A DNA stretch of 64,000 nucleotides. Origin: Candidatus Eremiobacteria bacterium (GTDB lineage Bacteria; Vulcanimicrobiota; Vulcanimicrobiia; Vulcanimicrobiales; Vulcanimicrobiaceae). Position numbers and translations under genes: made by a program. The DNA lies in assembly GCA_963758295.1 (NCBI GenBank), contig CAVWUU010000004.1, forward strand, positions 1,152,001 through 1,216,000, written 5' to 3'. The notes beneath the pieces were generated by a model. That model was not told where the DNA came from and searched no databases. It saw only the letters and a program-made list of their open reading frames with translations. This document shows positions 22,082 through 33,430 of this stretch, piece after piece. The first letter of the stretch is position 1. Every line of letters begins with the position of its first letter.

Positions 22082-23088
22082 CTAGCCTTTGAGTGCGACG
22101 ATGATCGCCGTCACGATGAGATTGAGCGTTGCTACCGGCAGCAGCACCTTCCAGCCAAACGCCATGAGGCGGTCATACCGGAAACGCGGCAGCGTTGCAC
22201 GCAGCCAGATGTAAAAGAACATAAAGAAGCCGACTTTGATGATGAACCAGATGATGCCCGGAACCATCGTCAAGCCGAACATCGCGTTCCAGCCGCCGAA
22301 AAACAGCAGCGTCGCGATGCACGAGACCGTCAGCATGTTGACGTATTCGGCGATGAAAAACAAGCCGAAGCGCAAGCCGGAATACTCGGTGTGAAAACCG
22401 GCAACGAGCTCGGTCTCCGCTTCGACCAAGTCGAACGGCGCGCGATTGGTTTCCGCGACGGCCGTAATAATGTAGACGAGGAATCCGACGATCTGCGGAA
22501 CGAAAAACCACCACTTGCTTGCGCGTTCACGATTCCGTCGAGCGACGTCGTGCCCGCAATGATCAACACGCCGACGAACGAAAGCGACATGCCCAGTTCG
22601 TAGCTGATCATTTGCGCGGTCGCGCGCACGCTGCCGAGCAGCGGATACTTCGAACCCGAAGCCCAGCCGCCGAGCGAGATGCCATACACGCCGATCGACG
22701 TAATGGCAAGCAAGAACAAAATGCCGGCGTTGACGTTGCCGATCGCCCACGTGCCGGACGAACTTGCGCCGAACGGAATGATCGCGTACACCGAAAACGC
22801 GGTCAACAGCGAAATGAACGGCGCCAGCCGGTAGATCAGCGGGTCGGCCGATTTCGGCGTGAGATCTTCTTTTAGAATGAGTTTCGCTGCGTCGGCCGCC
22901 GGCTGCATGAGGCCCCACGGACCCACGCGATTGGGCCCTGGACGAAGCTGCATCCACCCAAGCACCTTGCGCTCGCCAAGCATCGCGTAGGCGAACGTCG
23001 TCACGACGACCAGCAACAGAATCGCCGACTTGACGAGCATGACGAGCCACGCGGGCGTAGCGTTGAGCGTATTTACAAGTCCTTGCAT
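22082..23088 (-). CDS. nuoH: NADH-quinone oxidoreductase subunit H; one frameshift near 22520
   Basis: [56 protein letters not shown]. Confidence 0.93.
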
Positions 23089-25130
23089 TACGCGTTCACC
23101 AAATCGATCGTCACGACACCGTTCATTTCACGTACGCCGTGTGCGATGCGGACGGGATCGATGCGCTCGTCGTGCGCGCTCGTGCCCCCGCCGTCCCAGA
23201 TCGAGCGTTTCACGTTTTCGCTTCCGGCTGCGTTCGTTTGCAGCGGCGCACCGTAGTCTTTGTCACCGAAACTTCCGTCGAACGGCTTCGCCGCCGCCGC
23301 GAAAACGGCGGTCTCGAGCTCTTCGAGCGCCGGCAACGTGAGATCGAACTGCTGCGCCAGCCCGACGAGCATTTCCAGATCCGAAAGCGCGCCGTCCGGA
23401 GCTTCGAGCGATTTATTCACCGGCAACAGATCGCCCGCCAAATTCGTGGTCGTGCCGCTCTTCTCGAATGCGCCCTTCGCAGGAAGCACGAGCGTTGCAA
23501 GCTGCGCCGTCTCGGTCATGAACAGCTCGCTGACGACGACGAACGGCGTGTTTTGAAGCGCTTCACGCACCGCGTCGGCTCCCGCTGCGCTGTTGCGAAC
23601 CGGATTGACGCCGAAGAGCGAGAGCACGTGCATCTTGCCTTCGCGTGCATCTTGGAGCATTTGGAAACCGTCTTTGCCGCCGTCGCGCGGCAACACGCCC
23701 ATTGCTTCGGCGCCGCGCGCGTTGGGCTGTTCGCCCGTAACGTACGTCAGACAATCGACTGAGCTCGCCGCATTCACGAGTTCGAGCCCGAGCGCAGGGT
23801 CGTTGCCGTCCCAAATCAACGCAACGGTGCCGTCCTTCGGCAGTTGCGCGATCGCCTCGGAGACGTTCGCGACGTCGGTGTGCGCGAAGTTCGGACGCGG
23901 ATCCGTGCTCGCGATGCGAATCAGCTTGGCCTCGTTCTTCGTAACCGCTTTGATGACGCGCAGCCACATAACGGGAGCGCGTTCTTCCGGCGACTCGCCG
24001 GCAATCACGATCGCCGACGCTTTTTCCAGCGCCGCAAGCGAGCCGCTCTTCGCGCCGGGCGATGCCTGGCGTTGAACGCCGGCGCGCCAATCGACGTTCT
24101 TCACCCCGATCGCTCGAAACACGTGTTGCAGCAAGTACGCTTCTTCGTTCAAAAGACGTCCGCCGCCGATCGTTCCGGCCGACGAAGGATCGGTCGCGAG
24201 CGCTTCTCTAACGGCTTTCGCCCAGAGCGAGAGCGCATCGTCCCAAGCGATCTGCACGAACTGGCCGTCGTGCTTGTAGAGCGGCTGAGTAATGCGCTCT
24301 TTCGAGGCGTAGAAGCCGATGTTGTAGCGGCCGCGGTCGCAGAGCCAGCCGTCCGAAATCGCATCGTCGTGCTCGACCGACATCGTGCGCAGCACGTTAC
24401 CGAGACGAACGTCGGAGAATTGCTGGCAGCCGACGGAGCACTGCGTGCAGCTCGTCTGCGTCCGATTCAGATCCCACGGGCGGGATTTGAAGCGGTACGT
24501 CTTCGAGGTGAGCGCGCCGACCGGGCACAGTTCCGTGACGTTGCCGGTAAAGTTGTGCGTATACGCATCCCCGGTCGAGGTGGCGATGATGTCGTTGTGC
24601 CCGCGATCTTTGACGATGAGCTGGCTTTCCGCCGCGATGATGTCGTCGAACCGCACGCAGCGCTGGCAAACCACGCAGCGCTCTTCGTCCAAAACGATCG
24701 TCGGGCCAAGCTCGACGCCCTTCGGCTTGCTAAGCTTCCCCTCGGCGTTGTCGGAGCTTCCGCGTCCATATGCCATCGCGTAGTCTTGCAAATCGCATTC
24801 GCCGCCCTTGTCGCAAATGGGACAATCCAGCGGGTGATTCACGAGCAAGAGTTCGAGGATCATCGAACGCCCGGCGTCGACTTTCTCGTTTTGCGTCTTG
24901 ACGACCATGCCGTCCGCAACCGGCGTATTGCACGCGATCTGCAGCTTGGGCATGCCTTCGATCTCGACCAGACACACGCGGCATAGACCGGCCGGTCCAA
25001 GCTTTGTGTGATAGCAGTAGACGGGAATCTCTTGCTTGATCTTCTTCGCAGCTTCCACCAGCAGCGTGCCTTTCGGTACCGAAACCTGCACGCCGTCGAT
25101 GTGAAGCGAAACCATGTGTTCGTCAGCCAT
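23088..25130 (-). CDS. nuoG: NADH-quinone oxidoreductase subunit G
   Basis: [39 protein letters not shown]7-type CTQCSVGC...C. Confidence 0.95.
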   Translation of the reverse strand: MADEHMVSLHIDGVQVSVPKGTLLVEAAKKIKQEIPVYCYHTKLGPAGLCRVCLVEIEGMPKLQIACNTPVADGMVVKTQNEKVDAGRSMILELLLVNHPLDCPICDKGGECDLQDYAMAYGRGSSDNAEGKLSKPKGVELGPTIVLDEERCVVCQRCVRFDDIIAAESQLIVKDRGHNDIIATSTGDAYTHNFTGNVTELCPVGALTSKTYRFKSRPWDLNRTQTSCTQCSVGCQQFSDVRLGNVLRTMSVEHDDAISDGWLCDRGRYNIGFYASKERITQPLYKHDGQFVQIAWDDALSLWAKAVREALATDPSSAGTIGGGRLLNEEAYLLQHVFRAIGVKNVDWRAGVQRQASPGAKSGSLAALEKASAIVIAGESPEERAPVMWLRVIKAVTKNEAKLIRIASTDPRPNFAHTDVANVSEAIAQLPKDGTVALIWDGNDPALGLELVNAASSVDCLTYVTGEQPNARGAEAMGVLPRDGGKDGFQMLQDAREGKMHVLSLFGVNPVRNSAAGADAVREALQNTPFVVVSELFMTETAQLATLVLPAKGAFEKSGTTTNLAGDLLPVNKSLEAPDGALSDLEMLVGLAQQFDLTLPALEELETAVFAAAAKPFDGSFGDKDYGAPLQTNAAGSENVKRSIWDGGGTSAHDERIDPVRIAHGVREMNGVVTIDLVNA

Positions 25131-26387
25131 TTACACTTTTTCCAAATCCATGCAGCGAGCTTCGAACTGCTCGGGGAAGCGAGTCAACACCGATTTCAAG
25201 AACGGCTCGATCGAGTCGCCGAGCGCGCACAGGTTCAAGCCCGTGATCGTACCGCTCACGCGAGAGATCATCTCCAGGTCGCTGCCTAGGCCTCGACCTT
25301 CTACGAACCGATGCAGCACGCGTTCGAGCCAATAGCCGCCCTCGCGGCAGGGCGTACATTGCCCGCACGACTCGTGCGCGTAGAAACGCACCATGTTGAA
25401 CGCGGCTTTGACGAAGTCGGTCGAATCGTCGAACACCGTGAAGGCGCCCGAACCGAGCATCGAGCCGGCCTTTGCGATATTTTCGTAATCGTACGGCCAG
25501 TCGAGGTGTTCTTCAAAAATGCACGCCGATGAACCGCCGCCCGGCTGCACCGCCATAAAATTGCGTCCGGGGCGCAAACCGCCGGCGATTTCGATAATCT
25601 CGCGCACCGTTGTACCGAGCGGCACTTCGTAATTCCCGGGCTTTTGCACGTGTCCGGAGACCGAAACGATCTTGAAGCCTTTGCTGCGTTCCGTGCCCAC
25701 CGATGCGAACCACTCCCAGCCTTTTTCGAGGATAGGCACGAGATACGCAAGCGTTTCGACGTTGTTGACGACAGTCGGCATGCCGTAGAGCCCCGCGACG
25801 GCGGGGAACGGCGGCTTCAAACGCGGTTCGCCGCGTTTGCCTTCGAGCGAATTCAGCAGCGCGGTTTCTTCGCCGCAGATATAGGCGCCGGCGCCGCGAT
25901 GCACGGTTACTTCCAGATCGTAGCCCGAGCCGAAAAGATTTTTTCCGACGAACCCGGCCGCTCGCGCTTCCGCGAGCGCGCGCATGAAGATTTCGTAGCC
26001 TTCTTTGAACTCGCCGCGGATGTAAATGAACGCGTGATGCGAGTTGATGCCGTACGCGCCGAGAAGAATGCCTTCCAGCACCAAGTGCGGCGTCTGCTCG
26101 AGGAGCATGTGATCTTTGAACGTGCCGGGTTCCGCCTCGTCGCAGTTGCAAACGAGGTAGCGCGGCGAGTCGTTCTTCGGCAAAAAACTCCACTTGCGGC
26201 CGGTCGGAAATCCGGCGCCGCCGCGCCCGCGCAGTTGCGATTTATCGCATGCTTCCAACACGTCGGCCGGCGTGAGCTCGCGCACGGCGCGCTCCCACTG
26301 CTTGTAGCCGCCGCGATCGCGATAGACGCCGATGTCGGTGAGATTCGCCTCCCCGATTCCGGCGGTTAAAACCTTAGTGACCGCCAT
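25131..26387 (-). CDS. nuoF: NADH-quinone oxidoreductase subunit F
   Basis: LRGRGGAGFPTG, GAGAYICGEETAL, ESCGQCTPCREG. Confidence 0.96.
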   Translation of the reverse strand: MAVTKVLTAGIGEANLTDIGVYRDRGGYKQWERAVRELTPADVLEACDKSQLRGRGGAGFPTGRKWSFLPKNDSPRYLVCNCDEAEPGTFKDHMLLEQTPHLVLEGILLGAYGINSHHAFIYIRGEFKEGYEIFMRALAEARAAGFVGKNLFGSGYDLEVTVHRGAGAYICGEETALLNSLEGKRGEPRLKPPFPAVAGLYGMPTVVNNVETLAYLVPILEKGWEWFASVGTERSKGFKIVSVSGHVQKPGNYEVPLGTTVREIIEIAGGLRPGRNFMAVQPGGGSSACIFEEHLDWPYDYENIAKAGSMLGSGAFTVFDDSTDFVKAAFNMVRFYAHESCGQCTPCREGGYWLERVLHRFVEGRGLGSDLEMISRVSGTITGLNLCALGDSIEPFLKSVLTRFPEQFEARCMDLEKV

Positions 26388-27297
26388 TTTCGGAATTCCT
26401 TTTTAATCCGGAGCCTGTCGAAGGGCTTTCTTGAAGATCGAAAACGCCGTGGCGGTCGACGACGGCACGTTCGCGGGAACGGCCGGTGAACTCGATCGGC
26501 TTCGTGAGGAAACGATCCAGCATAATCACTCCGCTCTCGTCGCCTACGCCGCCGGCGTTGTTCGGCAGCGTCGAGCTGCGCGTGCCGGGTGCTTTTCTGC
26601 CCGTTCCGACTTGCGCATCTTGAGCGACGGTCCACGTACGGCCCGGCTGCTCGCTCTGCACGAGCGGCTTGGTACCATACGCACCGGTGCGCATCAACTC
26701 GATCATTTCATCGATCATCTGCGGCGTGAGATCGTACACGAACTCCAGGTTTACTTGCATGCACGTGGCGCGATCGCAAGCCGCAAGACACTCCACTTCT
26801 TCGTATGAGAAGAGACCGTCTTCCGTCGTTTGCAGGTGGCCGATGCCGAGCTTTTCGCGGAAATACGCCATAATGTCGTCGGCGCCGTTGATCTGACACA
26901 TCAGCCCCCGGCACACTTGCAACATGTACTTGCCGACCGGCTTGCGGAAGAACAGCGTATAGAAAGACACGGTCGATTCGACGACGGCAGGCGAAAGACT
27001 CAACATCTCCGCGGCGGCGCGCATCGCGTCTGCCGTGACGAAACCCTGATGCGACTGGAACAGATGCATCATCGGCAATAGCGCGGAACGCGAGTTCTCG
27101 TACTGCGCGATGATTCGCTCGCACTCCGGGCGCAGCGTTTCAAGCAGCGCCTGAAACTCCGGCGAGTGCATGCTCTCGCGCTCGACCCGGCGCAAGCCCG
27201 AATGTTCCAAATGCGGCTCGTTCGCCGCTTCGATGTTTTGTGAAGCCAATTTTTGCTCGTTGCCGTCGCCCATAGGCGGATTCGGTGAACTGTGCAT
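26374..27297 (-). CDS. nuoE: NADH-quinone oxidoreductase subunit E with terminal extensions
   Basis: VSFYTLF, QVCRGLMC, VECLAAC 2Fe-2S motifs. Confidence 0.9.
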   Translation of the reverse strand: MHSSPNPPMGDGNEQKLASQNIEAANEPHLEHSGLRRVERESMHSPEFQALLETLRPECERIIAQYENSRSALLPMMHLFQSHQGFVTADAMRAAAEMLSLSPAVVESTVSFYTLFFRKPVGKYMLQVCRGLMCQINGADDIMAYFREKLGIGHLQTTEDGLFSYEEVECLAACDRATCMQVNLEFVYDLTPQMIDEMIELMRTGAYGTKPLVQSEQPGRTWTVAQDAQVGTGRKAPGTRSSTLPNNAGGVGDESGVIMLDRFLTKPIEFTGRSRERAVVDRHGVFDLQESPSTGSGLKRNSENGGH

Positions 27298-28517
27298 CAG
27301 CGATCGACCTCGCCGAAGACGGGATCCAGCGACCCGATGCAGACGACCAGGTCCGCGATCAAGTTGCCGGGCGCCATGCCTTTGAGCGCCTGCAAATTGT
27401 ACATTGACGGTGGGCGCGTGCGGATGCGATAAGGACGGTTCTCGCCGTTGCTCACGATGTAGAAGCCGAGTTCGCCGCGCGGGCCCTCGACCGCCTGATA
27501 GATGTCACCCGGCGGAACGCGGAAGCCTTCGCTAACGATCTTGAAGTGGTGGATCAACGCTTCCATCGAAAGCGCGATCGTTTCTTTCGGCGGCTGGAAA
27601 ATCTTCGGATCGTCGATGAGGACGGGCCCCGCAAAGTTCAACTCGTCGCGCACTTGGCGAATGATCTTATGCGACTCTTCCATCTCGTCGAGACGCACGA
27701 GGAAACGCGCGTAAGCGTCGCCTTCGGTGCGCGTCGGTACTTCGAAATCATACTTTTCGTAGCCGCAGTACGGGAACGCGCGACGAACGTCGTAGGCGAT
27801 GCCGCTTGCCCGAAGCGACGGCCCCGTAACGTTCCACTGAATCGCTTCTTCGGGCGAGAGGTAGCCGACGTCGATCGTGCGGTCTTGGAAGATCGGATTC
27901 GCCTGCAGCAACCCTCGCAGCTCCCGCATGCGCCCCGGAAACTTCTCGATCAGCGCGTCGAGCTTAGCGAGGAAGCCTTCCGGCAAATCGCCGTTTACGC
28001 CGCCGACGCGAACGTAGTTCGGATGCATGCGCGCGCCGCCCGCGGCTTCTTGGAGATCCAGAATGTTCTCGCGTAAGTCGAAGGCATAGAAAAAGACCGA
28101 AATTGCGCCCAAATCGATGGCGTGAGTGCCGACCTGCACGCAGTGCGACGCAATGCGCGTCAGTTCCGCGATCAGCACGCGAATTTGTGTCGCACGCGCC
28201 GGAATGCGGCCGGTAATGCCGAGCAGCTTTTCTACGCCGAGCGCGTAGCAAAGCGCGTTGCTTTCGGGCGCCAGGTAGTCCATGCGTTCGACGTTGGTCT
28301 GCGCGGCCGACCAGAACTGATTTTCGCAATTCTTCTCGATGCCGGTGTGGAGGTAGCCGATTTCAGGCTCGGCCTTCACGACGGTTTCACCGTCGATCTC
28401 GAGCATGATCTGTAAAACGCCGTGCGTCGAAGGGTGCTGAGGACCCATCGAAAGCACCATCGCGTTGCCTTCTTGCGAAACGATCTCCGGCGTCAGCGGA
28501 GTAGTGCTCATGCTCAC
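27297..28517 (-). CDS. nuoD: NADH-quinone oxidoreductase subunit D
   Basis: [22 protein letters not shown]-terminal GEVDR. Confidence 0.96.
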   Translation of the reverse strand: MSMSTTPLTPEIVSQEGNAMVLSMGPQHPSTHGVLQIMLEIDGETVVKAEPEIGYLHTGIEKNCENQFWSAAQTNVERMDYLAPESNALCYALGVEKLLGITGRIPARATQIRVLIAELTRIASHCVQVGTHAIDLGAISVFFYAFDLRENILDLQEAAGGARMHPNYVRVGGVNGDLPEGFLAKLDALIEKFPGRMRELRGLLQANPIFQDRTIDVGYLSPEEAIQWNVTGPSLRASGIAYDVRRAFPYCGYEKYDFEVPTRTEGDAYARFLVRLDEMEESHKIIRQVRDELNFAGPVLIDDPKIFQPPKETIALSMEALIHHFKIVSEGFRVPPGDIYQAVEGPRGELGFYIVSNGENRPYRIRTRPPSMYNLQALKGMAPGNLIADLVVCIGSLDPVFGEVDR

Positions 28518-29149
28518 TTGGAATCTTCACCCTTCGTTTCGGTGAGCACGCCGTCGACGTTTTGCGCCTTGCGAATCTGCTCTTGCAGCGCTTCGAGCGT
28601 GCGGCCCGAAGGCGGCGTTCCCGCTTGCACGTTGCTCTTCAATGCGAATGAGGGACGCGGTGCGCGTTCGCGCGCCGGGCCGCGCAACGGATAATCTTTG
28701 CGAAGCGGATGACCTTCCCAATCGTTCGGCATTTGAATGCGGCGCAAATCGGGGTGGCCTTCGAACGCAATGCCGAAGAGGTCCCAAACTTCGCGTTCCG
28801 CCCAATCCGCGGACTTCCACAGATCGACGACGCTCGGCAGGCTCGGGTTCTCGCCGCTCACTCCGCACAGCAGGCGAAAACGCTGGGGCGTTCCGACTTC
28901 TTTGATGCTTGCGACGCGCACGGGCATCTTTAGAAGATGGTAAACGACATCGAAGCGCGGCTCGCGCGGCAGATAGTCCACCGCACCGAGATCGAGGAGC
29001 ATGGTGTAGCCTTCGGCCTTGAGCGCCTGAAGGCGCGCGCGAAGAGCTTGCGGCTCTACCCGTTCGATGAGCGCGTCATCGATAGGCGGACGCACGCTGG
29101 TCGGATCGATGGCGGCACCCGCGATCGGCGGTGTTTGCGTACTCGGCAT
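28514..29149 (-). CDS. nuoC: NADH-quinone oxidoreductase subunit C
   Basis: [32 protein letters not shown]. Confidence 0.95.
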   Translation of the reverse strand: MPSTQTPPIAGAAIDPTSVRPPIDDALIERVEPQALRARLQALKAEGYTMLLDLGAVDYLPREPRFDVVYHLLKMPVRVASIKEVGTPQRFRLLCGVSGENPSLPSVVDLWKSADWAEREVWDLFGIAFEGHPDLRRIQMPNDWEGHPLRKDYPLRGPARERAPRPSFALKSNVQAGTPPSGRTLEALQEQIRKAQNVDGVLTETKGEDSK

Positions 29150-29181
29150 ATTGAAAGAAGTCTCGCTAAAGAATGGTGTGG

Positions 29182-29661
29182 CTACGAGCGGGCTAAAATG
29201 CCGCCGCGGCCGCCTTCACGGATCTGCTGTTGAATCAGATTCACTGCGTAAAGCAAACCGTCGGGCGTCGGCGGACAGCCCGGAACGTAGACGTCGACGG
29301 GAACGATCGTGTCGATGCCCTGCACGATGGCATAATTATCGAAGACGCCGCCCGAACTCGCGCACGCGCCCATCGAAATGACCCACTTCGGGTCGGCCAT
29401 CTGATCGTAGAGACGCTTCACGACCGGAGCCATTTTCTGCGCGACGCGGCCCGAGACGATCATGAGATCGGCTTGGCGCGGCGAGCTGCGGAAGACTTCG
29501 GATCCCAGACGCGCGATGTCGTACTCGGCAGACGTCACGGTCATCATCTCGATCGCGCAACAGGCAAGGCCCATCGTGAGGGGCCAGACAGACGAACTTT
29601 GCGCCCAGCGCGCTACGTCGTCCAAGCGCGCGAGCAGAAATTGCCCCGGACCTATCTCCAC
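29182..29661 (-). CDS. nuoB: NADH-quinone oxidoreductase subunit B
   Basis: [29 protein letters not shown] start at 29661 overlapping nuoA. Confidence 0.95.
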   Translation of the reverse strand: MEIGPGQFLLARLDDVARWAQSSSVWPLTMGLACCAIEMMTVTSAEYDIARLGSEVFRSSPRQADLMIVSGRVAQKMAPVVKRLYDQMADPKWVISMGACASSGGVFDNYAIVQGIDTIVPVDVYVPGCPPTPDGLLYAVNLIQQQIREGGRGGILARS

Positions 29662-30005
29662 TGGAAGCCTCCCTTTTTCCACACGTAGGCGTAGCCGATT
29701 GCAAGGACGATCACGAACACGATCATCTCGATCAATCCGAAGACGCGAAGCGCGTGCATTTGGACGGCCCAAGGATAGAACGACGCTGCTTCAACGTCGA
29801 AGATCACGAAGAGCATTGCGATAAGGTAAAACCGCACCGGAAAGCGGCCGGCGACGGCAGACGTCGGCTCGACACCGCACTCGTACGCTTCTTCTTTTTG
29901 CGGATTCGGTTTGCTGCGTCCGAGCAAACCGGGCAAAAACGTAAACAGCAGCGCGGCAGCGAGCGCGACGCAGAGATAGATTGCGACGGGACCATACGGA
30001 TTCAT
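29652..30005 (-). CDS. nuoA: NADH-quinone oxidoreductase subunit A
   Basis: [26 protein letters not shown]. Confidence 0.95.
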   Translation of the reverse strand: MNPYGPVAIYLCVALAAALLFTFLPGLLGRSKPNPQKEEAYECGVEPTSAVAGRFPVRFYLIAMLFVIFDVEAASFYPWAVQMHALRVFGLIEMIVFVIVLAIGYAYVWKKGGFQWR

Positions 30006-30008
30006 GGC

Positions 30009-30026
30009 TTGTGAAACTTTTCACAA
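30009..30026. promoter_or_regulatory. Rex (NADH/NAD+ sensing repressor) operator
   Basis: TTGTGAA-ACTT-TTCACAA matches the consensus TTGTGAA-N4-TTCACAA exactly, 3 bp upstream of the nuoA ATG. Confidence 0.85.
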
Positions 30027-30093
30027 GCCCTGGAATTTACCTGGGAAACTCACCGCACAGGCGCCGCTAAGTAGCGAAGCGTACTTCTATCGC

Positions 30094-30546
30094 ATGCGCA
30101 ACGGAATACTGGGATTGGTCCTGCTGCTCGCGATGGGCGACAGCTGTTCGAACGGAGTCGTCGGCGTTCAGGACTACGGCACCGTAACCGGACGCGTTCT
30201 AGACGCGACGACGAACAAACCGATCGCAAATGCAATCGTCTCGGTTGGTTCTCTTTATACCGCCACGGCCGACGCGCAGGGCGGGTTTACGATGCCGCAC
30301 ATTCCGATCGGTGACCAGGAAGTGACCGCGCGAGCCCCGGGCTTTACCACGGCGAGACAAGATGTTCGCATCCGAAAGGACCGCCCTGCTAACGCCGGAT
30401 ACCTGCGCATAGTTCCCCTTTCCAAGCCGGACAGCATCGCGACGCTTCCGCCTCCCCCGATGCCCGCAACGCCCGCGCCGACGCCGATCCCCACCTACGT
30501 ACCGCCGTCGCCCTCGCCCTCGGCCGAAGCGAGCACGTCGCCCTAA
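30094..30546 (+). CDS. Probable lipoprotein with carboxypeptidase-regulatory-like domain and Pro-rich tail
   Basis: MRNGILGLVLLLAMGDSC; GTVTGRVLDATTNKPIANAIV..ARAPGF. Confidence 0.7.
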   Translation: MRNGILGLVLLLAMGDSCSNGVVGVQDYGTVTGRVLDATTNKPIANAIVSVGSLYTATADAQGGFTMPHIPIGDQEVTARAPGFTTARQDVRIRKDRPANAGYLRIVPLSKPDSIATLPPPPMPATPAPTPIPTYVPPSPSPSAEASTSP

Positions 30547-32132
30547 GTCAAGCGCAGGTCGGCGAGATCGAGATCGTACTCGATGTCCCGGTAGACGGAG
30601 TCGGGAATCTCGCCCGCGCCCCGGAGGCGCCGGATCTCGCTACGCTCGGCCCTGAGCGCTTCGTTTTGAAGGCGATGGTCGATCGAGCTTTCGGGAGGCT
30701 CCTCGCCGCCGTCTTCTTCGCCTTTGAGATGCCCCTGCAAATGGTCGATGCGGTCTTCGTACTCGCGTAACAGGCGGCCGGCTACTTCCCATTCAACGGC
30801 CGAATCAAAGGGTTCTAGCTCGTGGAGGCGCTCCAAACCGGCTTTGAGCGCTTTGATGCGCACGCTCGTCCCTTGCCGCTGCGCGCTGCTTTCCTCGCTT
30901 ACGCCAAGCCACTTGATCAGCGGCGAGAGCGTTAGCCCCTGGCCCACCAGGGTGACGAGGATGACGGCGACGGTGATCACGATGATTTCCGCGCGTCCTT
31001 GCAGCGGCGTCCCGGCCGAATTCGTGTATGGCAACGCCAGCGCGGCCGCCAGCGAAACGATGCCGCGCATGCCCGAATACCCAACGAGCAAAAGCGCTTG
31101 CCACGATGCGGAGCCGTTCTTTCTTACGCGCGGCAATAACAGACGGCTGAGGTGATACGCCGCAAATACCCAAACGATGCGGACGACGATGACGGCAACG
31201 CATACCACCGCCGCATCCCAGGCGAACGTTTTCCACGGCGCGTTCATCGAAGAAAGAATGGGGCGCAGCCGCATGCCGATGAGCAAAAAGACGAACGCGT
31301 TTAGCAAGAACGTCATCAAATCCCAAACCGACGCTCCTACGACGCGGCTTTCGGAACTCATGACGACCGGCGCGCGGCGCCCGAGAGTAATGCCGGCCGT
31401 CACGGCCGCTAAGACGCCCGATACGCCAAGGGCTTCGGCGGGCAGATACGCCGCGTACGGGACGATCAGCAGCACGACCGTAACCAGCATCGCGTCATCG
31501 AGGTCGTGATCTCGCAGAAAGCGCAGCGCCGCAACGAATACGTAAGAACAAAGGAAGCCGATGACGATCCCGCCGATGGCTACTACGACGAAATTTAGCG
31601 TGGCGGCGCGCAACGAAAACGTTCCGGCGACCGCGGCTGCGACGGCAAAGCGGTAAAGCACCAGCGCGGTGGCGTCGTTTACAAGGCTTTCGCCGGTCAA
31701 GATCGCCATGATGCGCCGTGGAATCGAAAATCGTTCGAAAATCGCTTCGGCGGCAACGGCATCGGGCGGCGCGACGATGGCGCCGAGCGCAAACGCGAGC
31801 GGCCACGAAAGGCCAAACGCGTGATGCGCCAGCATCGCCACGACGATCGCCGTTACTAAAACGAGTCCAACGGCGAGCAACGCAATGGTCCGAATATCTC
31901 GCTTGAACGCGAACCAGTCGGTAGTCCACCCGCCGAAGATCAAGAGCGGCGGAAGCACGATCAAAAAAATCAACTGCGGATCGAGCGAGAACGTCGGCAA
32001 ATTGGGGAGAAACGCGAGCGCTACGCCGCCGACGACGAAGACAATGGGGTACGGGAGTCCGATGCGTTTGGCAATAACGCCGCCCGCCACGACTGCACTG
32101 AGGATGATCAGGAGAAAAAGCGCAAACGTCAT
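30543..32132 (-). CDS. Na+/H+ antiporter, CPA1 family
   Basis: LPPLL, APPDAVAA, GESLVNDATAL, SGMRGIVSLAAAL; multiple TM helices. Confidence 0.9.
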   Translation of the reverse strand: MTFALFLLIILSAVVAGGVIAKRIGLPYPIVFVVGGVALAFLPNLPTFSLDPQLIFLIVLPPLLIFGGWTTDWFAFKRDIRTIALLAVGLVLVTAIVVAMLAHHAFGLSWPLAFALGAIVAPPDAVAAEAIFERFSIPRRIMAILTGESLVNDATALVLYRFAVAAAVAGTFSLRAATLNFVVVAIGGIVIGFLCSYVFVAALRFLRDHDLDDAMLVTVVLLIVPYAAYLPAEALGVSGVLAAVTAGITLGRRAPVVMSSESRVVGASVWDLMTFLLNAFVFLLIGMRLRPILSSMNAPWKTFAWDAAVVCVAVIVVRIVWVFAAYHLSRLLLPRVRKNGSASWQALLLVGYSGMRGIVSLAAALALPYTNSAGTPLQGRAEIIVITVAVILVTLVGQGLTLSPLIKWLGVSEESSAQRQGTSVRIKALKAGLERLHELEPFDSAVEWEVAGRLLREYEDRIDHLQGHLKGEEDGGEEPPESSIDHRLQNEALRAERSEIRRLRGAGEIPDSVYRDIEYDLDLADLRLT

Positions 32133-32707
32133 TCGATGCGGACGCCGCCGGCCAACAGATCTATGGCGAAGCCCGACACGACAAGATACACGCGCGCAGC
32201 TCTTAGGGCGAGTCGCTGCTTAAGCCGTCCTAACACGTCGCGAAATAAGCGGCCGGAAGCCTCGATGGGAACGACGTCCCAGCCGGCTTCTTCCGCGACC
32301 ACCAGCACGTCGGCTTCACTGCGTAACATCGCGTCGGCAAGTTCGGCGGCTTCGCGATCTAACGTGGCCTCGAAACCAACGTAGTCCCGGGCGAACGCAT
32401 TGAGATCACGGCTCAACCGTGCCGCGAGCCACGTTCCGAGGGCGTCGACGATGAAGCAACGATCGGCGCCGGCGTTCATGAAGATCTTCAACAACTCGGT
32501 GTGCGAGAGCGTTGCGGTTTCTATCGTCTCCCATTGCGCGGGGCGTTCGTTGAGATGCCGGCGTAGCCGTTGGGTCCACTCTGGATCGTCCGGATCGCGC
32601 AAGGCGGTAGCAACGAACGTCACGGCACGGCCCGACTGCGCGGCGAGATTCGCGACGTGACGGCTCTTTCCGGACCGGACGGGGCCCGTAACGAGTGTCA
32701 CCGGCAC
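32129..32707 (-). CDS. cobU: Adenosylcobinamide kinase/phosphate guanylyltransferase
   Basis: LVTGPVRSGKS, FVATA, RHLNERPAQWETIE, FRDVLG, LVVSG. Confidence 0.88.
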   Translation of the reverse strand: MPVTLVTGPVRSGKSRHVANLAAQSGRAVTFVATALRDPDDPEWTQRLRRHLNERPAQWETIETATLSHTELLKIFMNAGADRCFIVDALGTWLAARLSRDLNAFARDYVGFEATLDREAAELADAMLRSEADVLVVAEEAGWDVVPIEASGRLFRDVLGRLKQRLALRAARVYLVVSGFAIDLLAGGVRIE

Positions 32708-32710
32708 GCG

Positions 32711-33409
32711 TCAGAGCCCGTGCACGGCGTCCGTTTTGTGGAGAAAGCGCTTCGCGTCGTCGATCGGCAGCGCGAAGCCGATGGAACGTTCGTCATCGAA
32801 ACGCGATTCAGCGACGCCAACGATTTCACCGTTGTCGGCCAGGAAAACCGGGCCGCCGCTTTCGCCGGGAACGATGGGCAACGTTACTTCGAGCGCGCCT
32901 TTGCGCACCGACGAAAGCCGGCCGATATTTAGCGAGGTCGCGAGCCCAAGATCGTCGTCGGCGAACTCGTCGGGAATCGGATAGCCGAGCAGCCCCACCT
33001 CCCGGCCTAAATCGTCTGCAAGATCCGAAGAGACGCCGAGTTTTGCGACGCGGAGTTTCGGCGTTTGTACGCGCACCAGCGCTACGTCTAAATCTTTGTC
33101 GCTCGCAATGAGTTTGCCGGGAACGCGTTGTTTGTTGTCGACGGTAACTTTCATGTCCCATGCGCCGTCAATGGCGTGTTGAACGGTCAGCACGTCGCTG
33201 CCCCACGTTCCGCTCGCAACAACGGTTCCGCTTGCGTACGCTTCGTCGTACGCATCGCTCTTATGTTCGGGCGGCACTTTCATGGTTAGCAAAACGACGG
33301 ACGGACGCAACGCGCGCACGTTTCGAACGAATGAATCGTCCGGGTTGCGCGCGCAAGCACAAACGGTAAATAGGAGCGCTGTTATCAGCGCGAGGATGCG
33401 GAACGGCAT
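32711..33409 (-). CDS. Trypsin-like serine protease without PDZ domain, exported
   Basis: Triad LTVQHA / DLDVAL / PGESGGP; N-terminal signal. Confidence 0.85.
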   Translation of the reverse strand: MPFRILALITALLFTVCACARNPDDSFVRNVRALRPSVVLLTMKVPPEHKSDAYDEAYASGTVVASGTWGSDVLTVQHAIDGAWDMKVTVDNKQRVPGKLIASDKDLDVALVRVQTPKLRVAKLGVSSDLADDLGREVGLLGYPIPDEFADDDLGLATSLNIGRLSSVRKGALEVTLPIVPGESGGPVFLADNGEIVGVAESRFDDERSIGFALPIDDAKRFLHKTDAVHGL

Positions 33410-33430
33410 GGGATGCGACGGCGCTCTTCG

